DNA of 60,419 bases, filler included, from Dugesia japonica (Eukaryota): assembly GCA_001938525.1 (NCBI GenBank). It is 6 parts of 6 records of this genome, joined end to end, with 100 filler letters (N's around TTAATTAATTAA, not from the genome) between each part and the next. Parts side by side here need not be neighbours in the genome. Positions count along the whole stretch, not along the records: positions 13,213 to 22,766 come from MQRL01613836.1; positions 22,867 to 33,107 come from MQRL01493857.1; 4 more parts are not named here. The stretch is one strand, 5' to 3'. The stretch's first letter is position 1; each line of letters begins with the position of its first letter. Below, piece by piece: positions 13,989 through 26,650 of the stretch. Under the pieces are notes generated by a model, which ran no database searches, was not told the origin of the DNA, and was given only the letters and a program-made list of their open reading frames with translations. The translations under genes and the position numbers were made by a program.

Positions 13989-15152
13989 CTACAAAATCAT
14001 GATCAAATATTTTACCTTAGACATCTTGACTGTAGCATCTACATGTTCGGTTTGACATTGAGAACAATAACTTGGAAGAATACGAGACATACCATCTGTG
14101 TTTGAAATTTCTAAGACTTTCTCTGAATTCGGCCTCAATCCGTCTTTGCTAACTGTATGGCCCAAAAATAACAATTTACTTTGATATAATTTACATTTAT
14201 TTGGACTGATTTTGAGACCAAAAATATGAATTCTTTGAAATACATTTTCAAGTATTTTATCATGTTCTGATTGACTTTTTGCAAATATTAAAATATTTTC
14301 AATATATACAACTACACCTTTAAATAGAAATCCATCCAAAATTGTATGCATCAATTTTTGAAATGTAGCTGGTGCAGTTGATAAATCAAATGGCCAACGA
14401 TTGTAGCAATATTGTCCCTTCTTTGTAGAAAATGCCGTTTTAATCTTATCTTCTGCGTTTAATTCTACTTGATAATAAGCTGGTCCTACAACCAGCGTTA
14501 AAAATATTGTACAATCACAAAGGTGATCAAACAAAGTTTGTTGATCTGGCATTGGGAATGCCAACTTTTTTGTAGCATCATTCAATATTCTTAACTCTTG
14601 GCACATTCTGATCGCGCCATTCTTTTTACCAATAATTACCATTGGAAAATTCCAAGCACTTCTGCATTCTTTGATAATATTGCTTTCTTTCAGTTGATCA
14701 ATCAATTCATCAATCTTCTGTTTAAAATGTATTGGTTGACGTCGAGGTTGTTGTAGAATAGGGTCACCAACTGTTGGAAGGAAATGTTTTACAACATGTG
14801 TTTTTCCAAGATCAAAAGTATCTGCCATAAATATATATGACAATTTTAGAAGCCTTTCTTTTAAATCATTATCTTTCGATTTAAATGCTGGTACGGCTGC
14901 TTTAAAACAATCATTATCAGTGAATTTGCTGTTAATGTTCTTGGAGTCCAATATATTAAGCATTTCTAATTGAATATTAAATGCATTAAACATATCAATT
15001 CCACCAATAATTTTCGGGTTTATTCCATCAACAATCACAATATAAACAATTCTCTTTACATTTCCAAATTCTATTTCAACTTTTTCAATTTCTGAACAAT
15101 TCACTGCTTCTTTTGAAAATGCACCACTCAATTTAATATTGCATTTATTCAC
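13989..15152 (-). CDS. pol: Gypsy protease C-terminus + reverse transcriptase (degenerate, RNase H deleted in frame)
   Basis: SAWNFPMVII, KTAFST..GQY.YNRWPF.LSTAPATFQ, a degenerate YIEN catalytic motif and FLGH. It then jumps directly to NTDGMSR..CSQCQ. Confidence 0.8.
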   Translation of the reverse strand: MNKCNIKLSGAFSKEAVNCSEIEKVEIEFGNVKRIVYIVIVDGINPKIIGGIDMFNAFNIQLEMLNILDSKNINSKFTDNDCFKAAVPAFKSKDNDLKERLLKLSYIFMADTFDLGKTHVVKHFLPTVGDPILQQPRRQPIHFKQKIDELIDQLKESNIIKECRSAWNFPMVIIGKKNGAIRMCQELRILNDATKKLAFPMPDQQTLFDHLCDCTIFLTLVVGPAYYQVELNAEDKIKTAFSTKKGQYCYNRWPFDLSTAPATFQKLMHTILDGFLFKGVVVYIENILIFAKSQSEHDKILENVFQRIHIFGLKISPNKCKLYQSKLLFLGHTVSKDGLRPNSEKVLEISNTDGMSRILPSYCSQCQTEHVDATVKMSKVKYLIMIL

Positions 15153-15439
15153 TAGAAAAGATCCACACTCTCTCTATATGCATCATTGATATTGAAGCAC
15201 CTGTATCCCAGAACATTTTGACCATTTTACTTCTAACTTTGACCATACTCATTCTTCTTTTACATATCACAATTCTGATATTCAGTTTTTATTGTAATGA
15301 CTCCACTGACGTTTAAATAGCTAATGATCATCTTTAAATCTTTATTTCTTTCATCCACATTGTCATCTTCTCCTGAAATGCATATCACACAATATTGTTA
15401 TGATATATCTAATTTCCAAGTAATTGACAGTTTCTAAAA

Positions 15440-16290
15440 CTATGACCTGTTTTTACCACAAGTTAAGCAACATGATTTAATAGGGTAGTTACTAAGTATG
15501 TGACCCATCAGACCACAGCAAAAACATGAGCCATTTTTTAATTGTTCTTCTTTTGGTGGAGGAAGTCCTTTTGATCTATTGTACAATTTCCTTGCAATAA
15601 ACTTCATCAAAACTGTTGGCATATTTCTAAACTGACCATCTCTACTGTTTTTGGAATCAGCAATTAGAATTGCCTTTTCAATTTCATTATTCTTAGGTTT
15701 ATAATAGTTAGAACCTTTTAAATCAGTTTTCTTAATTCTCGAATTGTAACTTGTAGCTACCACTTCCGAGGAAGTCAACTTATTTATTAATGACCCACCA
15801 AAATTTCCATCGTTCTTCTCAAATTTTTTAGCCAACTTTCTCTTTTCATACGGCCTAATTTCTGGTTTTAGAGCAAATGATTTTCTTAGCTCTTCGTAAC
15901 AACTTTTTTCTTGATTATTTGCCGAACAATTTCCTTTACAGTCAATTGTAATTCAAATATTTATTTGACTGATCTTAAAACTCTTAATTCAAAGTTTTCG
16001 AAACTTTCATTTTCTTTTTGTCGAATTCCACTACATTCTTCAATAATTCAGAGAAATGACTTTTCTTTTATAAATTTGCCTTTAACCATTCGCTAGCCAT
16101 TCTATCGTTAACATTTTTCAGGCTTTTAAATGCTTGCCACAGGTCTTTTGTATCACCGTCTAATAAAAAATCCAAGGTGGATAATAAATCAAAACTGTCT
16201 GGTTCTGCAAAAACTAAAATTTCATTTAACCATTTTGCTGGGTCTTCGTCATAATTCCCAGAGAATTTCGTAATTTTATGGGTTAATAAT
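15440..16290 (-). pseudogene. gag: Gypsy gag remnant
   Basis: FSG.YDEDPAKWLNE near the start, and CFCCGLMGH / CLTCGK knuckles in ORF 15440-15835. Interrupted. Confidence 0.7.
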
Positions 16291-16380
16291 TCACTGGACT
16301 ATTTAGGCAAAGTTTCATAAATTCTTTTTGCTAAGGTTTCCGGGTTTCGAGTAATTAGGGTTCAGCTGGGCTGGATCGCC

Positions 16381-16488
16381 AGTTAAATCAAGTCTTAATT
16401 TTCATAACAAGTTTATTTAATAAGTTTAAAATATATTACTGAATCTTAAAAAAACAATATTATTCATCAGTTTTTTTAATATTCAACT
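16381..16488 (-). repeat. 5' LTR, followed by a tRNA-Arg-like PBS
   Basis: On the minus strand the LTR end ..AACT overlaps TGGCGATCCAGCC, which resembles the complement of the tRNA-Arg(ACG) 3' end. Confidence 0.85.
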
Positions 16489-18052
16489 CATTTAATAATA
16501 ACTCCTTAATTAAATATATTTGGCAAATTGTTTTTAAAATAATAACTTTCCGAGTTACTACCACTTTATTACTAAGAACTTTCTGGGAACTAAAAAGTAT
16601 AAAATATAGCTATTTTAGATTGTTTAATTTTTTGCTGACAAATATTTCATACAAACAAGAATCAGGTGAATTAACAGGTTGGGTGCGAATAATGAAAAAG
16701 GTAATACGGAATCGATAAAATGGTGTAAATTATAGATAACAAGAAGGAACATATATAATAAAAAGAAATTTTATGAATATTTTGAATTAAAATATTTATT
16801 CAGATTTCATCAGTATTGTATTTGGCTAATATGTATTATTTTATAGAAAAAATATTTTAATCGAAAAATAGACAGTAAAAAATAGTTTATAGAAAGAAAT
16901 ATATTAATTATTTGCTGTAAAACTAACATTATTAACACTTGAGATACATATTCAAGAATTGACTCTAAATCGTAGATCTGACTTACCATATCTTGAAAAA
17001 ATGATTTTAGTTAAATCGAAAACACGATATAAAATATTTATTTCAAAAGAATTTAGTAACTCCACTTTTTAATAATTAACTGTTTCTATTTGATATTCGA
17101 TCTTCCGCTAATAACTAAATATATTTTAAAACAACTTCTTTTTTTATTAAAATTAATCTCTAAGATTGAAATTAAAACATTCATTTACTTATCCTGACAT
17201 TATTAACCACAATGGAAACAGGAACAAATTATTCTCTGAAAATCAGTATTTTACAACACATGCGTAAATTTTATTTGCTTTCAACATTCTGACATGTCAT
17301 CTGCTAAAAATATTAATTTATTTATTCAAGCATCTAAAACAGATAATTTAAAATCGATTCAATTTCATTTAAATAATACATATTATCCTGTAAATACAAC
17401 GGAATTCGAAATTGAGCACAGTAAAATGATTTACTTATTTGTTAAATGATGTAGAATTTAGAATAAGATCTCAAACGGCATTGAAAACGTCTGTACAAGT
17501 TATTGAATATAGATAGTGTATGCATAACTTTTTTGTGCAAATATTCAAGATTTAAAGCATTATTATATTACGCAAATCTGGAATAGAAATTTATTGAAAT
17601 GCAAATAAATGGAGGCAAACAAAGTACAACAGAACGACCAATATTTTGTATTGTTGAAATTTAATTTATTTTAAATAAAATTATTCTTTAACTTTTGTAT
17701 ATGAAACAGTACAAATTTATTTACAGATGTAATATATTTAAATCAATTGCCGTACTCGATCGTATTGACAGAGTATGTGAATCTTGTTTGTAGAGGGTAT
17801 AAGTATTGTTTGTATTTGGTTTTCTCTTATTGGTTTTTGTTTTAAATTATAATTATTCGTGTTAGGTAAATTGACAATTAGTATTTCATTTCCGAAATCA
17901 GAAATATTATTTTTGACATCATTTATTTCACTACTTCAACACATGCTTTGTAAGATAATTATAATTGAAATATAACTAATTACATTTTAAAATGGAATTT
18001 GATCACTTTCTATTGGATAATATTATTACAAAATAATATATATTTTCTTATA

Positions 18053-21000
18053 TCCTCCTTTTAAAGAAACTTCTAAGTTTCTCCACATTTCCAATCGCTG
18101 TCCATTTTCTCCTTGTACCACATACCGTCTTTTTTCTCAATTATTCGATAAGGTCCTTCAAATCTGTCTTGACTTTTATTTCTTGTTTCTACCTTGATAA
18201 GTACCATATCGCCCACTTTGAATTTTCTGTTAGTAATCATGTCCGAAGTGTTTTCTTCAGTTCTATTTGAAACGTCTGACTCATACCATTTTTCTGTGCT
18301 TATTTTCTTTCCAAATACGATCTCAGCTGGGCTCTTCCCAGTCGTCTTCTGTTTTGTTGCGTTCATTGTAAATTCTATTTCCGGTAAAAGATCTGCCCAC
18401 TTTGTTGTCTTTCTTTCCTGAAGTGTGGCATTAATAAAATCTTGAATTGTCCTGAACTGTCTTTCAATTTGTCCGTTTGCATTATGATGATAGATACTCG
18501 AAAACCAAAGTTTAATACCTAGCTTCAGGGCAAACTCACTCATAACTCAAGATTCAAAAGCTTTTTCACAATCTAGTCTTATCTCTCTTGGACATCCAAA
18601 TCTCAAAATCCACTTTTCAAAAATAGCTCTTCATATTGTTTCCTCGTCTTGTCTAGGCAATGGTATAAGAACCAGATATTTACTGTACTGATAAATTATT
18701 CCAAGAATGTATTTTTTCGTCCATTTTTTCCGGCATTGGCCCATTTATATCTGTGAATATGACTTCAAACAAATTGGTAGCTTCTAGTCTCCTTGTCTTC
18801 TCTTTAGTTAATGTTTTCGTTACTTTAGTCTTCTGAAAAATTTCACAACTACAAACTATCTTTTGTATTTGGCTCCACAAATTTTTCGCAATGTATTTGT
18901 TTCTCATATATTCTTACACCTTTTCAACTCCTATCATGACATAATAATTTGTGTATTTCTTCATATGTCTCCTGTATTTTGTCATCCAAAATTTTTATTT
19001 TCTTGATTAAATCTGTTTCCTTAGAAATGTTTGATTGCTCTTCTTTTTACTTTTTAATTATGTTCAGTATTCTCGTTTAAATATTTCCTTTCTTGGCTCC
19101 TTCATGTGACATTTGATATTGTACACATATCTCGAGTCTTGGTCTAAATAACATATCTGCATTATCATGTTAAATTTCTTTTCTATATTCCAAAACCATA
19201 TCTAAACTGCTGACATAATTAATCCATGTCTGGACGTAATGGGCTTTTTGTCGTAATCATGAAAGTTTGAGCTTTGTGATCTGTTTTAAAAGTAAATCTT
19301 CTACCGTACAAGTAATGTTTGAAATGCATACAGAAAAAATAAACAGCCAATAATTCTTTTCGTGTAATGCTGTATCCTTTTTTATGACTCGTCATTGAGT
19401 GCGATCCATAGGCAACAACTCTTTTTCTTCCTTCTTTATCTCTCTGTGACAATACTGTTCTAATTGTATCGAAACTGGCATCTGTATCTAATATAAATTC
19501 TTTATTTATGTCCGGAAAACACAATATTGGTGCAGTCATTAGAAATTACTTCGGATCCTCAAAAGTATTGTTTATTTCATCTGTACATTCTAATTTCTTG
19601 TTGCTTGGTCCGCTACACAACTGCTCTAAGATCCTTGATTTTCTTGCGTCGTTTTCTATAAACTTCCTGTAATAATTAGAAATTCCCAAGAAACTTCGTA
19701 GCTTCTTCACACAGTTAGGTTTGCTAAATGTTCTTATTGCTTCTATTTTAGACGAGTTAGTTCTAACACTATCTTTGCTAATTATGTATCCCAGAAATTT
19801 GAATTCACTTTGAGGAAACTGACACTTTTCTGGATAATTCTTAAACCTGCCTTCATTACTTCCATTGATACTTTTTCAATGACTTCATAGTGTTGATCTT
19901 TATTGTTCGTTACTATCAAGATTTCAACAAGATAAAGCATGGCTCCATTGATTTTGCCTACCACTTTAATTATCATCTCTTGAAATGTCCCTGGTGTCAC
20001 TGCGATACCAAATGGTATTCTATTAAAACAAAATTGTCCATGTTTCGTTGAAAACGCCGTTTTTTCTTGAGATTCTTCTTCTAGCTTTACCTGATAGTAT
20101 GTATTTCCCAAATCTATTGAACTGAAATATTTGGCTCCATCTAACTTGTCCAGCATTTCATCGACATTAGGCATCGGAAAGGCTTGTCTTTTCATAACTG
20201 CCTTCAATTGTCTGAAATTCAAACATATTCTTATGTCTTTCTTTTCATTTTTCCAAACACAGATTAGTGGGGTATTCCATGAAGAGTTGCATTTCCGGAT
20301 AATATTATTCTCGAAAAGGTTTTGGATAGCTTCTTCAATTTTAGATTCTAAGTTTATTGGTTGCCTATGCGGCTTTACATTGATTGGTTCACCCCTTGTG
20401 ATTATTTTGTGTCTTGTTAGATCTATGCGTCCTACATCAAATTTATCTGCCATAAAAGCATCTTCTTTACTTTCAATTATTTTCAATAACCGTTGATACT
20501 CTTAAATCTTCAAAATATTTAATGCTCATGTCAGTCGCTCTCCTTTTTTAATTTGTCTCCCAAATTTCGCTTCAATATTACAAATGTAATTTACAACGTT
20601 TTCATCCGCTTTGCTATTAATCTTTTGCATAGGCTAGTATCCAAAAATTCTCTGCATATCTATTCCTCCTATCAGATCTGGTGTCAATCTTTCAGCTACT
20701 AAGAACGTAACCTCTTTGTAAACTTCATCAGTTATCACTCCAATTCTAAATTTTTCAACAATTTTAAGTGTACTATTATTTGCACAACGAAATCTTTCAT
20801 CTCTCATTTCTAAATGTAGTTTTCGTAATTTATTAAAACAACTCAAACTCATCACGTTAATTCTAGCTCCTGTATCTAATAGACTTTATTTCCTTGAATT
20901 GATACCGTAACACTTGATCTGCCTTGCAATTTATGATATGAAATATTTGTTTTCTGTTCTGCTGCAACAGTTCCAACCCAGTCTATTTTTCTATCATCCG

Positions 21001-21145
21001 CAAAACTTTCTCTCTTTAAGAACCTGTATACTTTTTCTGTAACTTTTTCAATATCATCTCACTTTTCGACCCCTTGAGGATAATCAATCACTTCATTTAA
21101 CAATGGGTGACTCCAACCAACTCCTCTACTGGTGGAGCCCTGCTT
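18053..21145 (-). mobile_element. pol: Decayed Ty3/Gypsy pol (PR-RT-RH-IN) with PPT
   Basis: LLDTGA, WNTPL, YFSSIDLGNTYYQV, FILDTDAS, ELLAV, TDHKA, YHHNANGQIER and FEGPY motifs. Purine tract AAAAGGAGGA after the ORF. Confidence 0.92.
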
Positions 21146-21612
21146 TTTCAATAATAATTATTTCCTTATAATTTGTACAATTATTTTAAGAATCAGCTTA
21201 ACCGAGAAGAATAATTGCAAATATTTAATAATATTTTCTGATAGTTAAGTTATAAAACACAAAATTTCATTCAATTTTAATTGATAAAATATAACCAGAG
21301 CATATTTTTATAATTCTTATATTCAAAATCATTTTATTAAAGACAAATTCTTTGGATACATTACGTTGTAAAATAGAATAAAAATCTAGGAAACTTATTC
21401 AACACATCATATTTAAAACAACTTAACAATTAAAAGTTCAAATAGTAAAACAAAAATTCATTAAATAATTTGTTTGTTTATTTCAAATGTCAATATTAAT
21501 GTTAAAGTTCATAAATTAAAATGGAATTTGATTTTATTTTGATCGAGTATTCACAAATTTAAAATTACAAATATTAATTTTAAGTTATATCCAATTATTT
21601 AATTAATTAACT

Positions 21613-22111
21613 ATGAAATATCTAAAACGTCGAATAAGAAAAAGAAACGAATATAAAAATGGAATAAATAAAATGAGTTTTTACCAAAAAATAGCTTACG
21701 GTTTGGGAGCTCCTCCAATTTCAATGGTGTCAAATACTATGGCTTTATTTTTGCCAATATTTTTGCTAGAAACAGCGAAAATTAATCCTTTTTATTTGTC
21801 TGCGTTTCAGATAATTAGCAGAATTTCAGATGCTATTACAGATCCAATAATTGGATATTTTGTCAACCGGACTAATTCACGGTTTGGAAAATTTAAACCT
21901 TGGATATTTTGTGCTACGCCTTTTTCATGTGTAACTTTCGTTTGTCAATTTTACGTTCCCAATATTAATAATGAAGCAGCTAAATTTTTGATTTATTGTA
22001 TTATTATAATACTGGCTCAGATTGGTTTTACTGCCTATTATGTTCCATATTCTTCGATGTGTATGGTTCTCACGTCGAATTCTCAAGTGAGAGATCTATT
22101 AATTTCTATTA
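21613..22111 (+). CDS. MFS transporter, MFSD2/MelB (GPH) family, first exon (partial gene)
   Basis: KIAYGLG, RISDAITDPIIGYFVNRTNSRFGKFKPW, VPYSSM..LT...RD, with hydrophobic helices. A probable donor A|GTGAGC at 22112 is followed by AT-rich intron-like sequence. The remaining exons are not visible. Confidence 0.85.
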
Positions 22112-22259
22112 GTGAGCATTTATTATTGAAGATAATTAAATATGTTAATATTTTATTAAATATTTAATTAAAAATTTTATTAAATATTTAATTAAATATT
22201 TTATTAAATAATTTATTATATAATTTATTAAATTATCTATTATTATTTAATTTTTTTTA

Positions 22260-22410
22260 CAATTGCAATTATTGTGAGAATAATTGTTGGACATAACCAT
22301 TGATCATTTCACAGAATTCTTTAAAGTAAAAGCTTCGATCAAAATTTGATTTTTTGGTTTTACGATAATAATTCTTTATTTCGACTTTATCTTCGTCAGG
22401 AATTGATTTT
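22260..22410 (-). repeat. Dispersed repeat with hammerhead motif at 22370-22404
   Basis: Minus strand reads AATTC-CTGACGA-A-GAT(AAA)GTC-GAAA-TAAA-GAATT, plus the conserved downstream blocks. Confidence 0.75.
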
Positions 22411-22689
22411 TTGATTTATTCAATATTTATTTTTACAATAGTAATTTTTATTGAATTAATTAATTTTTATTAAAATTTATGTGATTAATTTTAATTTTTA
22501 TTTAATTCTTCATATTTTTAATTAATTTATTAAAGAATTTATAAAATATTTCATTAAATATTTTATTAAATAATTTACTTATTGATTTAATAAATAATTT
22601 ATTAAACATTTTATTAATTAATTTATCAAATAATTTATTAAAAAATGTAATTATTAATTTATTAAATAAATTAATTATTAGTTTATTTA

Positions 22690-22766
22690 ATTATTTATTA
22701 AATAATTTATTAAATAATTTATTAAATAATTTATTAAATAATTTATTAAATAATTTATTAAATAAT
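22690..22766. repeat. 12-bp tandem repeat (TTATTAAATAAT)n
   Basis: About six copies running into the assembly spacer. Confidence 0.85.
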
Positions 22767-22949
22767 NNNNNNNNNNNNNNNNNNNNNNNNNNNNNNNNNN
22801 NNNNNNNNNNTTAATTAATTAANNNNNNNNNNNNNNNNNNNNNNNNNNNNNNNNNNNNNNNNNNNNTAATTGTTATGAGGTCAACAGTTTAGGTCATTCA
22901 ATTTATCTCCATAACATTATTATTTCATTAATAAACAAATCATTTTTAT

Positions 22950-24110
22950 TATTGGTAATTATCTTTTTTATGGATAATGAAGTTTTATAAATTATTAAAA
23001 ACCCCAATTTAGTCAAGTTTTTTAATAGATTAATAATAAATTAATTTATAATATCAATATTTCAATAGATTAATTAATAATATCAATATTTTAAGGCTTT
23101 ATTAATTGGAATATATGGAATCTTGACTAATGGATACACACCTAACCACGATGATCAAAGCCATTATTCCCAATTTTATTGATCTGAAGTAAACTAATTA
23201 AATAAATAGTTTAAAATTATCAAAACTTACTTCATGTTTGATAAAGTTCCGTAACATTGAAATTGTTTAAATCAAAATAGTTTAACCCACGTTTTTTGAA
23301 ACCAATATTTTCTTTTCGTATGTAATGTGAATTTCATTTACAAATACTCAATACATATGCTATTGTAATCCATAGTTAGAAATATGGGATATCTATACAA
23401 TAATATGAATTGTAGAATAACACTTGAAGACTTTAAGAACAAATATCCCTTCTTTACATTTGTGAACAATAATAATATATGATGTACTATAATCAATATT
23501 TTTCAAGTTTTCATTTTATGTTTCTTAATATTTATTGTTTTTTGATAGAGTTATTGCTTTAACATTGAAACTATCTAAAAGTAACATGATATTTTATAAA
23601 TTCTTTTATATCGATCTCCACTTTGAAATAAAACTAGAAGATAGTTTGGCAATCAACGATCTCTAAATATCTGTTCGTTATAAAATGATTAACTGTCTTT
23701 ACTAATTACATATGATACAATTTCCTTGATTCTTATAGGATAAATAGCATTTTCCTGGCTTAATCCAATTTGTTGCGCTGTTAGTCTGATGATTCTAACA
23801 ATTAATTTTGCATTTAATAAATGATATTTTCGTTCATCGGTTGCTGATTCCAAACCCATTTTAGTGTTTACTTTTTTCAAACAAATGTCAGCACTAACAC
23901 CTGGAATAAGATATTTTGGCTGATCGATGAAATCTAGTTTCAAAGAGTATCTCCATTATTATTCAAAACAGTTTAATTATTGATTTGAGTATATAAGTTT
24001 GATTTCCACCTTCAACTTCAATATTATTTAATTAAAAAATTACCACTACACCCAATAATTTGATTTACAGCACCCTTTCTTAATTTCTCTATTTTACTTA
24101 ATGTTTAATT
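22950..24110 (-). pseudogene. Polinton/Maverick double-jelly-roll major capsid protein, C-terminal half
   Basis: LDFIDQPKYLIPGV..DICL, YHLLNAKLIVR, AIYPIRIKEIVSYVI, then IF...LPNYLLVLF and FDNFKLF. These resemble the D.F.Q.KYL..GV / A.L.VR / A.YPI.R / IF.G.LP pattern of Polinton MCPs. Many stops. Confidence 0.65.
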
Positions 24111-24144
24111 TAGTATCTTGTTCATATTAAACGAATCATTTGAA

Positions 24145-24570
24145 TGTTTTACAAAAAAACTATAAATAATAATTTCCAAATATTACAATTAGAAGAAATA
24201 ATAAGTAAAATGAAATTTCTCATTGTTAAACCATCATAAATCGTTGATAAAAAGCGAAAGTTTACGATCATTTGCTTTTCATCAGGGAATTTTAGAATAA
24301 TGGGATGCAAAAAATCAATAAAAATGAAGCATTTACAGTGTGACATTAAAATTAATCAGTTGCAATTGCTAACATTTTTAGTCAATTTGGAATAATCATT
24401 AGCAAGAATAATTAAGTATATGTATGATTCCGAATTATTTCCAGCATTAAGACTTAAAATATAATTCAAGATGAGTTTATGTATTTGCCAGTAGAAAGTT
24501 TGTAATACTTGGACTCAAGAATGTATATTATTCTAATCAAGTTCATAATATAATAGATTCGAATAGTTTA
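24145..24570 (+). pseudogene. Divergent TATA-binding-protein-like gene
   Basis: TIICFSSGNFRIMG, YDSELFPALRL and VFASRKFVILG match the two TBP repeats (IFSSGK.V.TG; YEPELFPGL; IF.SGK.V.TG). Intronless, with stops and frameshifts. Confidence 0.7.
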
Positions 24571-24742
24571 ATTGAGAAAATATTAGTCGTTATAAAATAC
24601 GAATGCATGAAAACAATGAGTAATATGAACTTATTAATGTTATTAATAAATCTGTTTACTTGGAAATGTTTTTATTATACAATTAATTAAACCAATTTAT
24701 GACAATAAATAACTAAGATGAAAAGTCAAAAAAGGCTAAAAG

Positions 24743-24945
24743 AAAAGCTTCGATTAAATTAATTTTGTTTTTGAAATATTATAATTTTGTAGTATTTCAA
24801 AACAAGTCAATTCCTGACGATGAAAAAATAGAAAATTTGAAATACTATCATAAACAAAAATAATTTGATCGAAGCTTTTTTGTTGATGAAAACTCAAAAA
24901 AGATCAATGGTTACATTCAACAATTATTCTCGTAATAATTGTAAT
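24743..24945 (+). repeat. Hammerhead-family repeat with partial inverted duplication (motif at 24809-24843)
   Basis: AATTC-CTGACGA-T-...-GAAA-ATTT-GAAAT. The segment aaaagcttcgattaaatta (~24743) is the inverse of taatttgatcgaagctttt (~24861). Confidence 0.7.
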
Positions 24946-26059
24946 GTAAAAACGCTAAAATATTCGTTAATTCACATTTTGGATGCTTATTATTTTTCAT
25001 AAATTTTGAACTTACTATGTAATGAAATATTTTATTTCTCTATGTACGTGTATGATTAATCGATGTTATTTTTGATGATTTTAATAATATAAAACGAAAA
25101 TTTAAATGTATAACTTACTCACAGTAAATATTGATATAGATTGTTTTGTGGATTATACCGATATTAATTATTCAGTTTTGAAGGAACCAGTTAAAAAAGT
25201 GAAAAAAGTTGATTTGGCTGATATTCTATGTGAACAATTAACGATTTAAATCAATACACTTGATTATAGCAATAACATGTACTATTTTGGCTCCTCCATT
25301 GATCTAATCAAATTGCTCAAGTAATTTATTTAATTTATTATTACAATAATGACATGTATTTATTTTCAGATTGTAATCCAACCAAATATTTTCTAGAAAA
25401 AGATTCGCGATCAAAAAAAATTATTTGTTTTGTGAATAAATCATGTAATCTTAATCATCTTTTTATTATTTTGTTTCTATTTTTGTAAATCGTATTCTTT
25501 TAAAGTAACTAGTTATGTTAGTTTTTATTAATGTAAATTTATGTTTCTATTATTGTAAGAAATTTTAGATAATATTAGAAAAATGACCTCAGGGGTTGAC
25601 TTTTAACACGTGCTCTTTTAAGGGTCATTTTTTAATGTTTAATTTTTAAAGGGAAACGGAAATCCGGGCGAACAATTCAAATTTTTTAAAATTTTTCAAA
25701 AATAATATTTTACTCTTAGATTACAAATCTTTTTATACCAAACTGCTGAAAATTCTACAGAGATCATTTTTGGTTTTTCCAATATTTTAAACAGAACTTT
25801 TCGAAAAATATTTTCTAATTCAGAAATTGGTCATCAAACCGTATATTTGATAGGAAATTTAACGGTAAGCAAGGATATCATCACCTAAAATCGGCAAACC
25901 TTATACATTAAAGTTATATTGAAAAACATGTGCTTAATTTTACTTATTATTCCTTTGATATTTATTAATTTAATATTAAATAAAACGTGATTTAAAAATA
26001 GTTATAATTGATTTGTTATAATAGATATCAATTTTAAAATAGCAATCAACATTTCCACT

Positions 26060-26650
26060 TTTTATGAGGAAAAGATAAGAGTCTTGCTTGGAGGAAGTTT
26101 AGAAGAACTTATACAGTTCTTTAAATCAAAGGAGTTAATGGTTTTATCAATGCAGTGAAATTGAGATGAATTGGTAAAAAACACATCCACGAGAGATCGA
26201 TTTGTATGGAAATGCCAAGATAAACATTTTAGTCTATATAGGACTACAACATCCATAACAAAGATTTCAATTTTTGGTAGTTCCACAATCAATCTTAGAA
26301 CTTGGTTGGAGATTTTATATTGATGGACAGTTAAAGAGAGTATTTGTCAGATTAAGAAGTAGATATCAATATCGTCACCTACCCTAATTAAGATCTTCAA
26401 ACTGTTAAAAACAGTTGTCTCCAACTATTTTCTGAGGCATTCAATTATATTCGGAGGAGAAAATGTTTTATGCCAAATTGACAGAAGCTTATTTTGTCAT
26501 AAGCAAGAGTATCATCGAGACAGAGTTTTAGATTCTCAAATAGGGGTATTTGAGATTGTAGACTGCAGTTACGTTTCAGCTAAACGGTTTATTTCGGTGA
26601 TACCTAATAGAAAAACTGATACTTTATTGCCAATAATTACTCAGATAGTA
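26060..26650 (+). mobile_element. Merlin/IS1595 (ISXO2) transposase pseudogene, 3'-truncated
   Basis: The plus frame reads FVWKC...GGENVLCQIDRSLFCHKQEYHRDR...VFEIVD...VIPNRKTDTLLPII, matching GG....V.IDES.F..KY.RGR...VFG...R...TL..II. Confidence 0.85.

Larger units (their letters stand above)
13589..16488 (-). mobile_element. Ty3/Gypsy LTR retrotransposon with both ends intact, internally deleted (no RNase H or integrase core)
   Basis: LTRs at 13589-13705 and 16381-16488, 5-bp TSD CATTT on both sides, PBS TGGCGATCCAGCC after the 5' LTR, and PPT AAAGATGGGGAGA before the 3' LTR. Gag zinc knuckle CFCCGLMGH, protease WDTGA region, and RT ORF at 13989-15152. Confidence 0.9.
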
